DNA from: Fusobacteriia bacterium 4572_74
Lineage (GTDB): Bacteria; Fusobacteriota; Fusobacteriia; Fusobacteriales; Fusobacteriaceae
Direction of reading: 5' to 3'
NCBI GenBank assembly: GCA_002084825.1
Contig: NBMF01000009.1
Coordinates: forward strand, 152-64,151
Length of the DNA: 64,000 nt
In this document: positions 1 through 10,454 of the stretch, in pieces
How the letters are laid out: each line of letters starts with the position of its first letter
Position numbering within the stretch: the stretch's first letter is position 1
The notes under the pieces: generated by a model
Databases searched by the model: none
What the model saw: only the letters and a program-made list of their open reading frames with translations
Told to the model about the DNA's origin: nothing
Program-made: the position numbers and the translations under genes

Positions 1-269
1 TAGCTGTAGGAGAGATGAAAATAAAATCTAATGGTGCTGAGGAGAGATTCTTTGTAGCAGGTGGTTTTTTGGAGATCTCCAAAGAGAGAACTTTAGTATT
101 AGCTGATGAAGCTATCAATATCAATGATATTGATGTGGAAGTAGCTAGAAGAGAAGCAGAATTAGCTAAGCAAAAGCTAGCTAAGTTAAAAGAAGATAGA
201 GATATTGCCGTAACGCAAAAAGCTCTAGAAGCAGCTTTGACTAAGGTAGGAATGGTAGAAGGTAGATAA
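1..269 (+). CDS. atpC: F1F0 ATP synthase epsilon subunit, 5' end outside window
   Basis: FFVAGGFLEI...VLADEA motif and C-terminal helical hairpin; frame is open back to the window edge. Confidence 0.93.
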   Translation, partial: AVGEMKIKSNGAEERFFVAGGFLEISKERTLVLADEAININDIDVEVARREAELAKQKLAKLKEDRDIAVTQKALEAALTKVGMVEGR

Positions 270-281
270 TATTAATAAAAT

Positions 282-317
282 AAAAAGGAAAGATGCTGTG
301 GTATCTTTCCTTTTTTT
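282..317. terminator. Intrinsic, probably bidirectional, terminator after the atp operon
   Basis: aaaaaggaaagatgc-tgtg-gtatctttccttttttt. Confidence 0.8.
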
Positions 318-355
318 CTATTAATTAGACTTGTTCAAAAAAAATTAATTTGATC

Positions 356-628
356 TTAAAAATCTGTTTTATTGTCTATTAACCACCCACTGATCCAAAG
401 TATAAGAGTAGTGATATTTAGAAAAAACTATCGTAAATCCACTATAAGGAGTCATAAAGAATAACTAATAAAAATTAATAAGGCTCCATTTCCCATAATA
501 TTGATATCAGTTGTTGTTAGGATAGTGGTTTTATAAATAATAAATCCCTGCATTAAGAGAAATAAGATCCCTAAAATTGAAAACGTTTTTTTCCGCTTTA
601 ACATTTCAAACTTGATCAAATTAAACAT
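356..628 (-). pseudogene. ABC-2 permease remnant, heavily deleted
   Basis: Starts MFNLIKFEMLKRKK overlapping the ATPase stop and ends GWLIDNKTDF*; only about 270 bp, with broken frames. Confidence 0.6.
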
Positions 629-1215
629 TATATACCTCCCAATAAAGTGATTCTAAAGATTTGTTTTCAGTGCCTCTAAATTTTTCTAAATTAATGTCTC
701 TAACGAGTGAACCTTCATTTAAAAACAAAACTTGTTCAAAGATAAATTCCATTTCGTTTAAAGCATGGGAAGAGATCACGATAGTACTATTTTAGACATA
801 AGGTAACTTTTAATCTCATTCTCATCCCTGTTGAAAACGTTTCTATTTTTTCATCTAGAGGTAATTTCATATTTTCGAGGATTTTATGTGCTTTTTTTAA
901 AGAAAAATCTTCAAAAGTATCGCTATAAAAATTTAAAACTTTTGAAACTGTGAGACTAGACATAAAAATATCTTCCGTAGGCATAAAAGCAATATTTTTC
1001 CTGGTTTTGAATGAAATTTTATTATTATTAATAGATAAGTTTCCACTAGTTGGTTTAACTAATCCATAGATAGTTTTCATTAAAGTAGTTTTTCCACTTC
1101 CATTTGGGCCGATTAATCCATAGACCATACCTTTTTTAAACGAATATGAAAAGTTATTCAAGGCTTTTTTTTTGAAATAACCTTTAGTTAAGTTATTTAT
1201 AATTAGATTTTCCAT
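621..1215 (-). pseudogene. YtrB-like ABC ATPase with internal deletion and frameshift
   Basis: Walker A GPNGSGKT and signature FSTGM present, Walker B absent; C-terminus NSTIVISSHALNE...YWEVYNV* continues in another frame from about 793. Confidence 0.85.
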
Positions 1216-1571
1216 TGTTCCTCCTTCATCTCTTTTAACATCATTATTGCTTCTTTTGGTGAGATATTGAGATTTCTCATGTCATGAATAAACTTAATCA
1301 TGATATCATTGGTTGTCTTCTGTTTTATATTTTGCAGGATAGCTTCATCTTCTATAATAAATGTCCCCATCCCCCTTTTTGTAAAAACAATATTTTCTAA
1401 TTCTAATTCTTTGTATACCCTAGAGACTGTATTGGGATTAACTTTAAGTTTTACCGACATCTCCCGTGTAGACATTAATTTTTCTCCCGGTGTGAGTATT
1501 TTCAAGGATATATCCTGCTTTAATTTATCCACTATCTGTAAATAAATAGGAATATTTTTTTTGAATTCCAT
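1203..1571 (-). CDS. GntR family (YtrA subfamily) transcriptional regulator
   Basis: PIYLQIV...STREMS...VNPNTVSRVY...RGMGTFI; 122 aa, upstream of an ABC transporter. Confidence 0.92.
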   Translation of the reverse strand: MEFKKNIPIYLQIVDKLKQDISLKILTPGEKLMSTREMSVKLKVNPNTVSRVYKELELENIVFTKRGMGTFIIEDEAILQNIKQKTTNDIMIKFIHDMRNLNISPKEAIMMLKEMKEEQWKI

Positions 1572-1590
1572 ACCTCCTCCTCTTTTTCAA

Positions 1591-1622
1591 AACTAGTGTT
1601 CTAGCTAAACGGTACACTAGTT
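1591..1622. promoter_or_regulatory. YtrA-type operator inverted repeat
   Basis: aactagtgt-N14-acactagtt about 20 bp upstream of the GntR start; resembles AGTGTA-N-TACACT YtrA boxes. Confidence 0.65.
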
Positions 1623-1757
1623 TTGGATGAGTGTCAAATAATTTATAAAAATATGATATAATAGGTTAAAATTAAAACTTAAAAACACAGAAAAAAATTC
1701 TGAAATTACCTTTGTAGTTATCAGTTTGCATGGAACATATCAGGAGGATGAAAATAT

Positions 1758-1958
1758 ATGACAAAAGATGAATTTTTAAAATCAATAGGAACAACAGGAG
1801 AAAAGTTAAAAATAGAAAAGAAAGAAGTTATAAAAATGGAGGATGGTGACCCTGAATGTATAGGGTGGGAAGTAAGATATATAGATGAAAAGCAGTCTAT
1901 AAAGATAGCTTTGGGATGTAAATGTAGTACTAGTAACAATCTACATGAGAAGTTATAA
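1758..1958 (+). CDS. Small hypothetical protein with three Cys
   Basis: aggagga RBS, 66 aa ORF, followed by a terminator. Confidence 0.65.
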   Translation: MTKDEFLKSIGTTGEKLKIEKKEVIKMEDGDPECIGWEVRYIDEKQSIKIALGCKCSTSNNLHEKL

Positions 1959-1964
1959 ATATTG

Positions 1965-1991
1965 AAGCCTCCAGTAATTTTGGGGGCTTTT
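1965..1991 (+). terminator. Intrinsic terminator
   Basis: aagcctcca-gtaattt-tgggggctttt. Confidence 0.65.
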
Positions 1992-2121
1992 AAATTGACA
2001 CAAGATATTAAAATTTATTTGCTAAATTGAGGTATAATTAGGTAGTGATAATCTATAGAAATAAGAAAAAAATTCAGATTTTAGTTTACATAAAAAATGT
2101 GTTGAAAAAGGGAGAAAATTT

Positions 2122-2703
2122 ATGATATTAGGGCTGACAGGTGGAATAGCAAGTGGAAAGAGTACAGTTAGCAAAAAATTAAAAGAATTAGGTAGTTATA
2201 TAATAGATGCAGATGAAATTTCAAGGGAAGTTTCAGATTCTATAGAGATATTAAAAAAGTTAGAGGAGAATTTTAGCTCTGAAATAATAGATGATGGACA
2301 TTTAGATCGCAAAAAATTAAGGGAAATAATATTTGAAAATGAGGGAAAAAGGGAACTTTTAAACAATATAATGCACCCTATTATAGTGAAAAAAATTATT
2401 GAAGAAATAGAAAATAACAGAGAGGAAAAGCTGATAATATTAGATATCCCTCTTTTATATGAAACAAGGTTGGAATATCTCTGTGACCAGGTATTGGTAG
2501 TATGCATAGATGAGAGTATTCAAGTAGAAAGAATAAAAGTCAGAGATAAAATAAAAGAAAAATTAGCCCAAAAAATAATAGATGCACAGATGCCATTGAT
2601 GGAAAAAAGAAAAAAAGCAGATATATATATTGAAAATAATGGAAATGTGGAGGACTTATTAAAAAAAGTGGAATTAGTATATAATAAAATAAAGTCCTAT
2701 TAA
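2122..2703 (+). CDS. coaE: Dephospho-CoA kinase
   Basis: GLTGGIASGKST, IDAD, HP, DIPLLYE motifs. Confidence 0.96.
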   Translation: MILGLTGGIASGKSTVSKKLKELGSYIIDADEISREVSDSIEILKKLEENFSSEIIDDGHLDRKKLREIIFENEGKRELLNNIMHPIIVKKIIEEIENNREEKLIILDIPLLYETRLEYLCDQVLVVCIDESIQVERIKVRDKIKEKLAQKIIDAQMPLMEKRKKADIYIENNGNVEDLLKKVELVYNKIKSY

Positions 2704-2825
2704 GATAAAGGAAGCTTTTAAATAAAAGCCTTCGGCTTTGAGTTCAAAGTTAAAATATGTTATAATAACTAGTTGAAACACCTATAGGGTGTTGGTTTCT
2801 ATATAAAAAAATGGAGGAGAAAATT

Positions 2826-3323
2826 ATGAAAAAAGAGGTTGTAAGAGGCTTAGCTACTTGGTTTGGACTGGGAGATTTTCCTAAAGCTCCGGGAACAATG
2901 GGAACACTAGGTGCAATACCATTATTTTTTATGTTAAACTCATTTAGATTAGTAATAGCTGATGTTAGATTATATAACTCATTTTATTTTTTATTTTTAA
3001 CAGGATTTTTTGCCTTGTCAATATATGTATCGGATAGATGTGAAAGGGAGATATTTAAAGAAAAAGACCCACAAAAAGTAGTTATAGATGAAGTTTTAGG
3101 TTTTATGGTAACAATGTTTTTAGTTAATCCAGTGGGATATAAAGAAACTCTGGTCGCTGTAATCTTGGGATTTTTACTATTTAGATTTTTTGATATAACT
3201 AAGTTAGGTCCCATAGACAAATCACAGCGTTATGGATATGGAGTAGGAGTGGTATTAGATGATTTTTTAGCAGGAGTTGTGGCTAATTTTTTATTGATAA
3301 CATTGATGACAATAATTTTCTAG
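2826..3323 (+). CDS. pgpA: Phosphatidylglycerophosphatase A
   Basis: APGTMGT, DPQKVVIDE, FRFFDI.K, GVVLDD; ggagga RBS favours the ATG at 2826. Confidence 0.93.
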   Translation: MKKEVVRGLATWFGLGDFPKAPGTMGTLGAIPLFFMLNSFRLVIADVRLYNSFYFLFLTGFFALSIYVSDRCEREIFKEKDPQKVVIDEVLGFMVTMFLVNPVGYKETLVAVILGFLLFRFFDITKLGPIDKSQRYGYGVGVVLDDFLAGVVANFLLITLMTIIF

Positions 3324-3333
3324 GAGAGATAAT

Positions 3334-4437
3334 ATGGGGATAGAGATAAGACATAAGTTAGTAGTAGGTGACAATATAAAAGATATTGTAGAAGCTATAG
3401 AATATGGAAATTTAAAATCAGACTTAGTTATATTGAGCGGTGGATTGGGTCCAACGATGGATGATCTGACAAAATTAGCTATCTCTAAATTTTTAAATGT
3501 AGACTTAGTGGTAGATAAAGAGGACTATATAGATCTAAAGGAAAAGTATGATTCTCATAACCTTATACTGGAAGATAAAAATTTGAGGGAAGCTGAAAAA
3601 CCATATGGGAGTCAAACGATTATTAATGATGCAGGAATGTGTAAAGGAATATATATAGATAAAATAGCAGCATTTCCTGGAGTACCTAGGGAGCTATATA
3701 ATTTATTTCCTAAGTTTTTAAAATTACTGATATCTCAAGAAAAGTTAGAGGGAAATATATATATAAAAGATATCTTAGTATGGGGTATACCTGAATCGGT
3801 ATTAGAAACAAAAGTCAACCATTTATTTGGATTAAAGGGAATTCATTATGAGTTCTTGGTAAAAGATTATGGTATAATAATAAGACTGCAAACAATAAGT
3901 ACTAATAAACCTAGTGTGGATAAAATAACATCAAGTTTATATAATATAATAGGTGAAAATATAATAGGTGAAGATGAGGAGAGATTAGAAGCCACAATCT
4001 ATAAATATTTAAAGGATAAAAAATATTATATATCTCTTGCAGAATCTTGTACAGGGGGTATGATAGCCTCTAAATTTATTGAGGTAGACGGAATATCTGA
4101 TGTGTTCAAAGAAGGAATCGTATGTTATAGTAATGATTCTAAACAGTCGAGATTAGGAGTGAAGAAGGAGACTTTAGATCTCTATGGAGCTGTTTCTTAC
4201 GAAACTTGTGAGGAAATGTTAAATGGGTTGGGTACAGATGTAAAGATAGCTGTAACAGGAATAGCAGGACCAAATGGTGGAACTGAAGAAAAACCAGTTG
4301 GGACTGTATATATTGGAGTAGTTGTAGGAGATAAAAAATACATAAAAAAATATCTCTTTAATGGAAATAGAGAAAAAATACGAAGAATTACCATGATGAG
4401 AGCAATGTTTGAAGTACTTAAAATTTTAAAGGGGTGA
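3334..4437 (+). CDS. cinA: CinA (MoCF-like domain plus PncC NMN deamidase), N-terminally truncated
   Basis: GGLGPTMDDLT, PGVPRE, AESCTGG, TGIAGP; lacks the usual N-terminal GxELxxG..DTN segment. Confidence 0.88.
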   Translation: MGIEIRHKLVVGDNIKDIVEAIEYGNLKSDLVILSGGLGPTMDDLTKLAISKFLNVDLVVDKEDYIDLKEKYDSHNLILEDKNLREAEKPYGSQTIINDAGMCKGIYIDKIAAFPGVPRELYNLFPKFLKLLISQEKLEGNIYIKDILVWGIPESVLETKVNHLFGLKGIHYEFLVKDYGIIIRLQTISTNKPSVDKITSSLYNIIGENIIGEDEERLEATIYKYLKDKKYYISLAESCTGGMIASKFIEVDGISDVFKEGIVCYSNDSKQSRLGVKKETLDLYGAVSYETCEEMLNGLGTDVKIAVTGIAGPNGGTEEKPVGTVYIGVVVGDKKYIKKYLFNGNREKIRRITMMRAMFEVLKILKG

Positions 4438-4443
4438 AGTAAG

Positions 4444-4992
4444 ATGGCATTAGGAGAAAGGATAAAAAAATGTAGAAAAGATAAGGGATATTCTTTGAGG
4501 TTATTGGCTTCTAAAGTGGACTTATCAGCTAGTTTTTTATCTCAAATAGAGCAAGGTAAAGCATCTCCATCTATTGAAAACTTAAAGAAAATTGCTAATG
4601 AATTAGATGTAAGAGTAAGCTCATTGATAGAGGAAGATGATGAGAAAAAAGATACAGATGTAGTAAGAAAAAACGAAAGAAACAAGGTGGAAAGTATAGA
4701 TTCTAAAACAATGATCTCTCTATTGACTACTTCAAATATAGAAAAACATATGGAACCAATATTGTATGAAATTGAGCCTGGAGGAGAAAGTGGAAGAGAT
4801 TACTATAATCATAATGGCGAAGAGTTTATATTTATTCTTGAAGGAGAATTAGAAGTACAGATTGAAAGCAAAAATTATGTATTGAAAGAGGGAGATAGTT
4901 TATATTTCAAATCTACTCAAAAGCATAAATTTAGAAACCTTGGAGTTAGATTAGTAAGAGCGATATGGGTAGTCACTCCTCCAACATTTTAA
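4444..4992 (+). CDS. XRE HTH plus cupin transcriptional regulator
   Basis: LSASFLSQIEQGKASPS HTH; HNGEEF..L.GDSLYF..H cupin. Confidence 0.92.
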   Translation: MALGERIKKCRKDKGYSLRLLASKVDLSASFLSQIEQGKASPSIENLKKIANELDVRVSSLIEEDDEKKDTDVVRKNERNKVESIDSKTMISLLTTSNIEKHMEPILYEIEPGGESGRDYYNHNGEEFIFILEGELEVQIESKNYVLKEGDSLYFKSTQKHKFRNLGVRLVRAIWVVTPPTF

Positions 4993-5002
4993 GGTGGTGA
5001 AA

Positions 5003-5524
5003 ATGAAAATAAATTTAGAAAAAATAAAGATAATAATTTTAGATGTAGATGGTACTATGACCGATGGGAAGATCTCATATGATAACAATGGGATAGAGAC
5101 AAAGTCATTTGATGTGAAAGATGGAATGGCAATAGCTCAGGCTATAAAGTATGGGATAAAGGTAGCTATAATAACTGGAAGAATCTCTAAAATAGTGGAA
5201 CATAGAGCCTTAGAATTGGGTATTTTAGATATATATCAAGGGGTAGGAAATAAAATTGCAACCTTGGATGAATTGCTCAGAAAATACGATTATAACTATG
5301 AAAATGTGGCTTATATGGGGGATGATATCAATGATATACCTGCGATGATGAGAGCAAGTTATGTAGGAATAACAGCAGATGCTGTATCAGATATAGAGAA
5401 ATTTGCACATTTTAAAAGTAAAAATAATGGTGGATATGGTGCTGTAAGGGAATTTATAGAGACAATATTAAAAGTCAATGGAATTTGGAGCAAGATTATA
5501 GAGGAATACAAGAGTAAAAAGTAA
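5003..5524 (+). CDS. kdsC: KDO-8-phosphate phosphatase (HAD)
   Basis: LDVDGTMTDG, KDG, GDDIND, GG.GAVRE. Confidence 0.9.
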   Translation: MKINLEKIKIIILDVDGTMTDGKISYDNNGIETKSFDVKDGMAIAQAIKYGIKVAIITGRISKIVEHRALELGILDIYQGVGNKIATLDELLRKYDYNYENVAYMGDDINDIPAMMRASYVGITADAVSDIEKFAHFKSKNNGGYGAVREFIETILKVNGIWSKIIEEYKSKK

Positions 5525-5542
5525 AAAAGAAGGAGTATAATT

Positions 5543-8047
5543 ATGAAAATAGAACACTTAAATGTTACGAGGTTAATTAAGTTATTTATAGCAGGTAGTA
5601 GATGGATGTCTAAGCATGCAGATATATTGAATGACTTAAATGTATATCCTGTGCCAGATGGAGATACTGGAACAAATATGTCTATGACTATGCAGGCTGT
5701 AGAAAATGAATTGATGAAATTAAACCATGAGCCTACAATGCCTGAATTTTGTGAGTTATTATCAGAAGCAATATTATTAGGAGCTAGAGGGAATTCTGGG
5801 ACAATTTTATCTCAAATTATTCAAGGCTTTTTAAATGGATTTGAAGATAAAGAAGAATTAAATATAGATGATATCACAAGATCTTTTGAACAGGCTTCTA
5901 GATTGGCTTATAAAGCTGTAAGTAATCCTGTAGAAGGTACTATGCTTACAGTAATTAGAGTTATAGCTGAAAAAGCTAAGAAATATGATGGACCAAGAGA
6001 TAATTTTATTCCATATCTTTCGTATGTAAAGGAAGCTGCATATCAAGCTGTAGAAGAAACTCCTAATCAATTATTAAAATTGAAAGAAGCGGGAGTTGTA
6101 GATGCAGGTGGGATGGGTGTATTTTATTTTATTGAAGGATTTGAAAAATCAATAACTGATTCTGAGTTATTAAAAGACTTAGAAAGAATCGTGAAAAGCC
6201 AGGCTCATAGAAGGGAAAGGCTAGAAGCTACTAATGTTGAGGTTGATATTGAGTTTAAATATTGTACTGAATTTATTGTTCAGGCTGGGAAGTTTAATAT
6301 TGAAGATTTAAAAAAAGAGATAAAAGGACTGGGAGATTCAATGGTAGTAGCTCAAAGTTCGACTAAAACTAAAACACATATCCATACAAATAACCCAGGA
6401 GCTGTATTGGAAATAGCTATGAAATATGGTGGATTGAACAATATTAAGATAGATAATATGGAATTGCAGCATAGAAATTTATATCTGGCAGAAGAAGATT
6501 TGATGGATCAAAATTCAGCTCATGTAATGATTCAAAATGAAAATACAGAAAAAAAAGCCTATTTTGTAATAGCTGATACCTATGAGATGGGAGAGTTATT
6601 CATTAAATCCGGAGCAACTTGTGTACTTATTGGCGGACAGGGGCAAAATCCAAGTGTAGCAGATATGGAAATGGCAATAGCTAAGATAGATGCTAAAGAA
6701 ATAGTGCTGTTACCAAATAATAAAAATATTATCTCAGCGGCGAAAATAGTGTCTGGAAGAGCAACTAAAAATGTAGAAGTTTATGAAACTAAGACTATGT
6801 TAGAAGGGAATTTTTATATAAAGAATAAGTCTGAAAATTTGGAACAGGTAGTGAAAGATGCCAGAAGAAATAAATCTATTGAAATTACAAAAGCTGTAAG
6901 AGATACAAAGGTCGAAGATCTGGTTATAAGTGAAGGAAACTATATAGCTTTAGTAAATGGAAAGATTATGTATGAAAATAAAAATTTAACAGATCTAATA
7001 TCTGACCTTTATGAGGAAAATATAGATGAAAACACTTTAAATATATTTGCAGTATTAGGAAATGAAAGTACAGATGAAGGGAATATAGCTATAGTAAATA
7101 CTAAAGGTATAAAACATGAGGAGTACATAGGGAAACAGGATAACTATCATTATTATTTATATATTGAAAATAAAGATCCAAATCAGCCTGAAATAGCAAT
7201 AATCACAGATTCTACTTCGGATCTGACACCGGCACTTATTGGTGATCTATCGGTTAATATCATTCCATTAAAGATAAAATTTAATGAAGATAAATATTAT
7301 AAAGATGGGGTAGACATATCTAAAACAGATTTTTGGCATAAGATTATAAGTGAGGGGATTATACCTAAGACTTCTCAACCATCTCCAGCGGAATTTAAAA
7401 ATCTATATCAAAGGTTATTGAAAAGGGGATATAAAAAAATAATAACAATAGTGATATCTAGTAAATTAAGCGGAACACAGCAGGCAGCTAAGGTGGCACG
7501 TGGAATGTTACCGGAGGAAAAAGATATAGCCATAATTGATTCTAAGAATGTATGGTTAGGATCTGGACATCTAGCTTTAGAAGCAGCTAAGATGGCTAAG
7601 GCAGGGGAAACTTTTGAGACAATTATAGAAAATATAGAAGAAATGAGAAATAAAGGTAAGATATACTTTGTAGTAGATGAATTAAAATACCTTGAAAGAG
7701 GTGGAAGAATAGGAAAAGCGTCAGCTAAAATTGGTGGGGTATTAAATATAAAACCTATATTAAAAGTTGAAGATGGTGAAGTTCATAATGAGAAAAAAGC
7801 CATTGGAGACAAGGGTGCCATGAGATATATGGAAAAATTACTTAAACAGGAAGCTAAGAATGGATCTATAGTTTTATATACTGGATGGGGCGGGACTAAG
7901 CATCAGTCTGAAAACGCAGATGAACTTAGGAAATCAGTAGAAAAATTTAGCAATGTAGACTATCGTTCGAGATGTGAAGTCGGATCGACTATTGGTTCTC
8001 ATTCAGGACCATTATATGCGATGACCATATATCCAAAAATAAAATAA
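5543..8047 (+). CDS. Fatty acid kinase FakA (DAK2) fused to DegV/FakB
   Basis: LNVYPVPDGDTGTNM, GARGNSG, VDAGG, then TDSTSD, TSQPS, SSKLSGT, GGRIG. Confidence 0.93.
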   Translation: MKIEHLNVTRLIKLFIAGSRWMSKHADILNDLNVYPVPDGDTGTNMSMTMQAVENELMKLNHEPTMPEFCELLSEAILLGARGNSGTILSQIIQGFLNGFEDKEELNIDDITRSFEQASRLAYKAVSNPVEGTMLTVIRVIAEKAKKYDGPRDNFIPYLSYVKEAAYQAVEETPNQLLKLKEAGVVDAGGMGVFYFIEGFEKSITDSELLKDLERIVKSQAHRRERLEATNVEVDIEFKYCTEFIVQAGKFNIEDLKKEIKGLGDSMVVAQSSTKTKTHIHTNNPGAVLEIAMKYGGLNNIKIDNMELQHRNLYLAEEDLMDQNSAHVMIQNENTEKKAYFVIADTYEMGELFIKSGATCVLIGGQGQNPSVADMEMAIAKIDAKEIVLLPNNKNIISAAKIVSGRATKNVEVYETKTMLEGNFYIKNKSENLEQVVKDARRNKSIEITKAVRDTKVEDLVISEGNYIALVNGKIMYENKNLTDLISDLYEENIDENTLNIFAVLGNESTDEGNIAIVNTKGIKHEEYIGKQDNYHYYLYIENKDPNQPEIAIITDSTSDLTPALIGDLSVNIIPLKIKFNEDKYYKDGVDISKTDFWHKIISEGIIPKTSQPSPAEFKNLYQRLLKRGYKKIITIVISSKLSGTQQAAKVARGMLPEEKDIAIIDSKNVWLGSGHLALEAAKMAKAGETFETIIENIEEMRNKGKIYFVVDELKYLERGGRIGKASAKIGGVLNIKPILKVEDGEVHNEKKAIGDKGAMRYMEKLLKQEAKNGSIVLYTGWGGTKHQSENADELRKSVEKFSNVDYRSRCEVGSTIGSHSGPLYAMTIYPKIK

Positions 8048-8052
8048 ATTAT

Positions 8053-8082
8053 AAAGACTCAGCAGAAATGTTGGGTTTTTTT
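8053..8082 (+). terminator. Intrinsic terminator
   Basis: gactcagca-gaaa-tgttgggttttttt. Confidence 0.7.
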
Positions 8083-8268
8083 AAGTATACAGAGAGTAAA
8101 TATTAAGGGAATCTGATTTTATTTTTTTAAATTTATTTTATACTAAGGAATTATATTATTACGAATAGGTATAAAAAAAGATTATTATTCGAAGTAATAA
8201 TCAAAAATGAAGAAAAGTTAGTTGTTTTTTAAATTTAAGTAAATGAAGGAAGATTCTGGAACAACAAT

Positions 8269-8514
8269 ATGTGGATGTTAGAGGATATGGACTATATGAA
8301 TATGGTGATAGATCCATTGAAAAAATTAAGTTTGGAAGATTTAGGAGAGGGAGAAGTTGTATTCTTACCACTACATCTTGATTTATTTTATAAAAAAGGG
8401 AATAATATATATATAAACTTTTTTATGATAAAACCAGATCTTTATAATGAAACAGACAAGTTAACTATAGAGGATATAGAGATAAAAGAGTGGATAAAGA
8501 AAAATATGGGGTGA
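8269..8514 (+). pseudogene. Probable C-terminal remnant of a hypothetical protein
   Basis: Coding-like ORF abutting nfeD, no good RBS; upstream sequence looks like broken coding DNA. Confidence 0.4.
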
Positions 8515-8518
8515 TAGA

Positions 8519-8941
8519 ATGATATGGAATAATGAAATGATTTGGTGGTTTTTATTAACTCTTGTATTTATAGGTGTAGAGTTAGTGGTACCGGCATTGG
8601 TGAGTATATGGTTTGCTTTTGCAGCTGCAATATTGACATTGATCTCAGGGATGATAAAAAGTCCTATAAATGAATTTTATATCTTTGTAGGACTCAGTGG
8701 TTTTTTTCTAATATTAACTAGACCAATAGCTAAAAAACTTTTAGAAAAAAGAAAACCTATTGAAAGTAGGATATTTGGTCAAGATGTTAAAATTTCTAAA
8801 AAAATAGAGATAGATCTCTATGAGGTGAAATTAGATGGGAAATATTGGAGAGCTACTTGTGATGAAATATTGGAAGTAGGAGATACAGGAGTTGTAGAAA
8901 GAGTAGAAGGAAATAAATTAATACTTAAAAAGAAGATATAA
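8519..8941 (+). CDS. NfeD-like (YbbJ) membrane protein
   Basis: Hydrophobic N-terminus, G..WRA..VERVEGNKL OB fold; partner of the SPFH gene. Confidence 0.9.
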   Translation: MIWNNEMIWWFLLTLVFIGVELVVPALVSIWFAFAAAILTLISGMIKSPINEFYIFVGLSGFFLILTRPIAKKLLEKRKPIESRIFGQDVKISKKIEIDLYEVKLDGKYWRATCDEILEVGDTGVVERVEGNKLILKKKI

Positions 8942-8953
8942 AAGGAGGCAAAC

Positions 8954-9883
8954 ATGTTATATTTATTTTTTCCATTGATATTAGTAGTTATATTATTAGT
9001 TGTAACTAATATCAGGATTGTACCACAATCGCAGGCATATGTTATCGAGAGGTTAGGAGCCTATATGGATACTTGGGAAGTTGGTCTTAGATTAAAAATC
9101 CCATTTATTGATAGAATAGCTAGAAAGGTATCGTTAAAGGAACAAGTTATAGATTTTCCACCTCAACCGGTTATTACAAAAGATAATGTGACTATGCAGA
9201 TAGATACGGTAATATATTTTCAAATTACAGATCCTAAATTATATACTTATGGGGTAGAATATCCTCTAAGTGCGATAGAGAATCTTACAGCAACTACACT
9301 AAGAAATATAATAGGTGATTTGGAATTAGATGCTACTCTAACATCTAGAGATGTTATAAATACCAAGATGAGATCTATCTTAGATGAAGCTACAGATCCT
9401 TGGGGAATTAAGGTGAATAGAGTGGAATTGAAAAATATCATGCCACCTGCAGAGATTCAGGATGCTATGGAAAAGCAAATGAAAGCTGAAAGAGAGAGAA
9501 GACAAAAAATACTAATTGCAGAAGGTGAAAAAACTTCGTCAATATTAGTAGCAGAAGGTGAAAAGCAATCAGCAATCTTAAGAGCAGAAGCTAATAAAGA
9601 AGCTGCTATAAGGGTAGCAGAAGGGGAAGCTGAAGCACTCTTAGAAGTGACTAAGGCTCGTGCAGAATCATTGAAATTATTAAATGATTCTCACCCTACT
9701 AAGGAAGTTCTATCACTTAAGGCTATGGAAGCTTTTGTTAAGGTAGCGGATGGAAAGGCAACTAAGATTATAATTCCATCGGAATTACAAAATGTAGTTA
9801 ACCTAGCTACGGCATTTACAGCAGCAGGAGAAAACAAAGTGGGGATTAACCAAGAATTAATAACTAAGAACTTGCAAGGGTAA
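8954..9883 (+). CDS. SPFH/band 7 protein (QmcA-like)
   Basis: VIERLG, QPVITKDNV, WGIKVNRVE, QMKAERERR. Confidence 0.95.
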   Translation: MLYLFFPLILVVILLVVTNIRIVPQSQAYVIERLGAYMDTWEVGLRLKIPFIDRIARKVSLKEQVIDFPPQPVITKDNVTMQIDTVIYFQITDPKLYTYGVEYPLSAIENLTATTLRNIIGDLELDATLTSRDVINTKMRSILDEATDPWGIKVNRVELKNIMPPAEIQDAMEKQMKAERERRQKILIAEGEKTSSILVAEGEKQSAILRAEANKEAAIRVAEGEAEALLEVTKARAESLKLLNDSHPTKEVLSLKAMEAFVKVADGKATKIIIPSELQNVVNLATAFTAAGENKVGINQELITKNLQG

Positions 9884-9922
9884 CCCATGAATTAACCCTG
9901 CTATAAATAAGAAATAATCAAT

Positions 9923-9960
9923 AAAGAAGGTAATATATATATTTGTATATTACCTTCTTT
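9923..9960. terminator. Hairpin terminator
   Basis: aaagaaggtaatata...tatattaccttcttt. Confidence 0.7.
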
Positions 9961-10145
9961 AATAGCCAAGGAAATTATACTGAATGCAATATCACGTTAC
10001 TTTTTTTAAAGTTTATGGAGGTTTTTAATGGAGATTATTTTAGAAAATCAAAATGGAAATATGATTGATTTATCTGCTTATAAAGGGAAAAAAATTTGTT
10101 TTTTTATCCAAAAGCAAATACACCTGGGTGAACAACAGAAACAAA

Positions 10146-10162
10146 AGGATTCGGTGAATCCT
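10146..10162 (+). promoter_or_regulatory. Putative bacterial SECIS hairpin
   Basis: aggattc-ggt-gaatcct, G-starting loop 21 nt after the in-frame UGA. Confidence 0.6.
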
Positions 10163-10410
10163 ACGGAGAATTTAAAGAGCTAGGGATAGAAATTTTTGGA
10201 ATAAGTAGAGATACTGTAAAAAAACAATCTAACTTTGCTAAAAAATTAGAAACACCATTCAGTTTACTCAGTGATATAGATGGTGTGATATGTGAAAGAT
10301 TTGGTGTTTGGTAGGAAAAAAAATCATGGGGAAAACATCTATGGGGATAGTAAGATCTACGTTTTTATTGGATAAAAACAATGAGATAATAAAAGAATGG
10401 AGAAAAGTAA

Positions 10411-10454
10411 AAGTGAAAGGTCATGTAGAAGAAAGTGAAAGGTCATGTAGAAGA
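10411..10454 (+). repeat. Exact 22-bp tandem duplication in bcp
   Basis: aagtgaaaggtcatgtagaaga x2. Confidence 0.95.
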
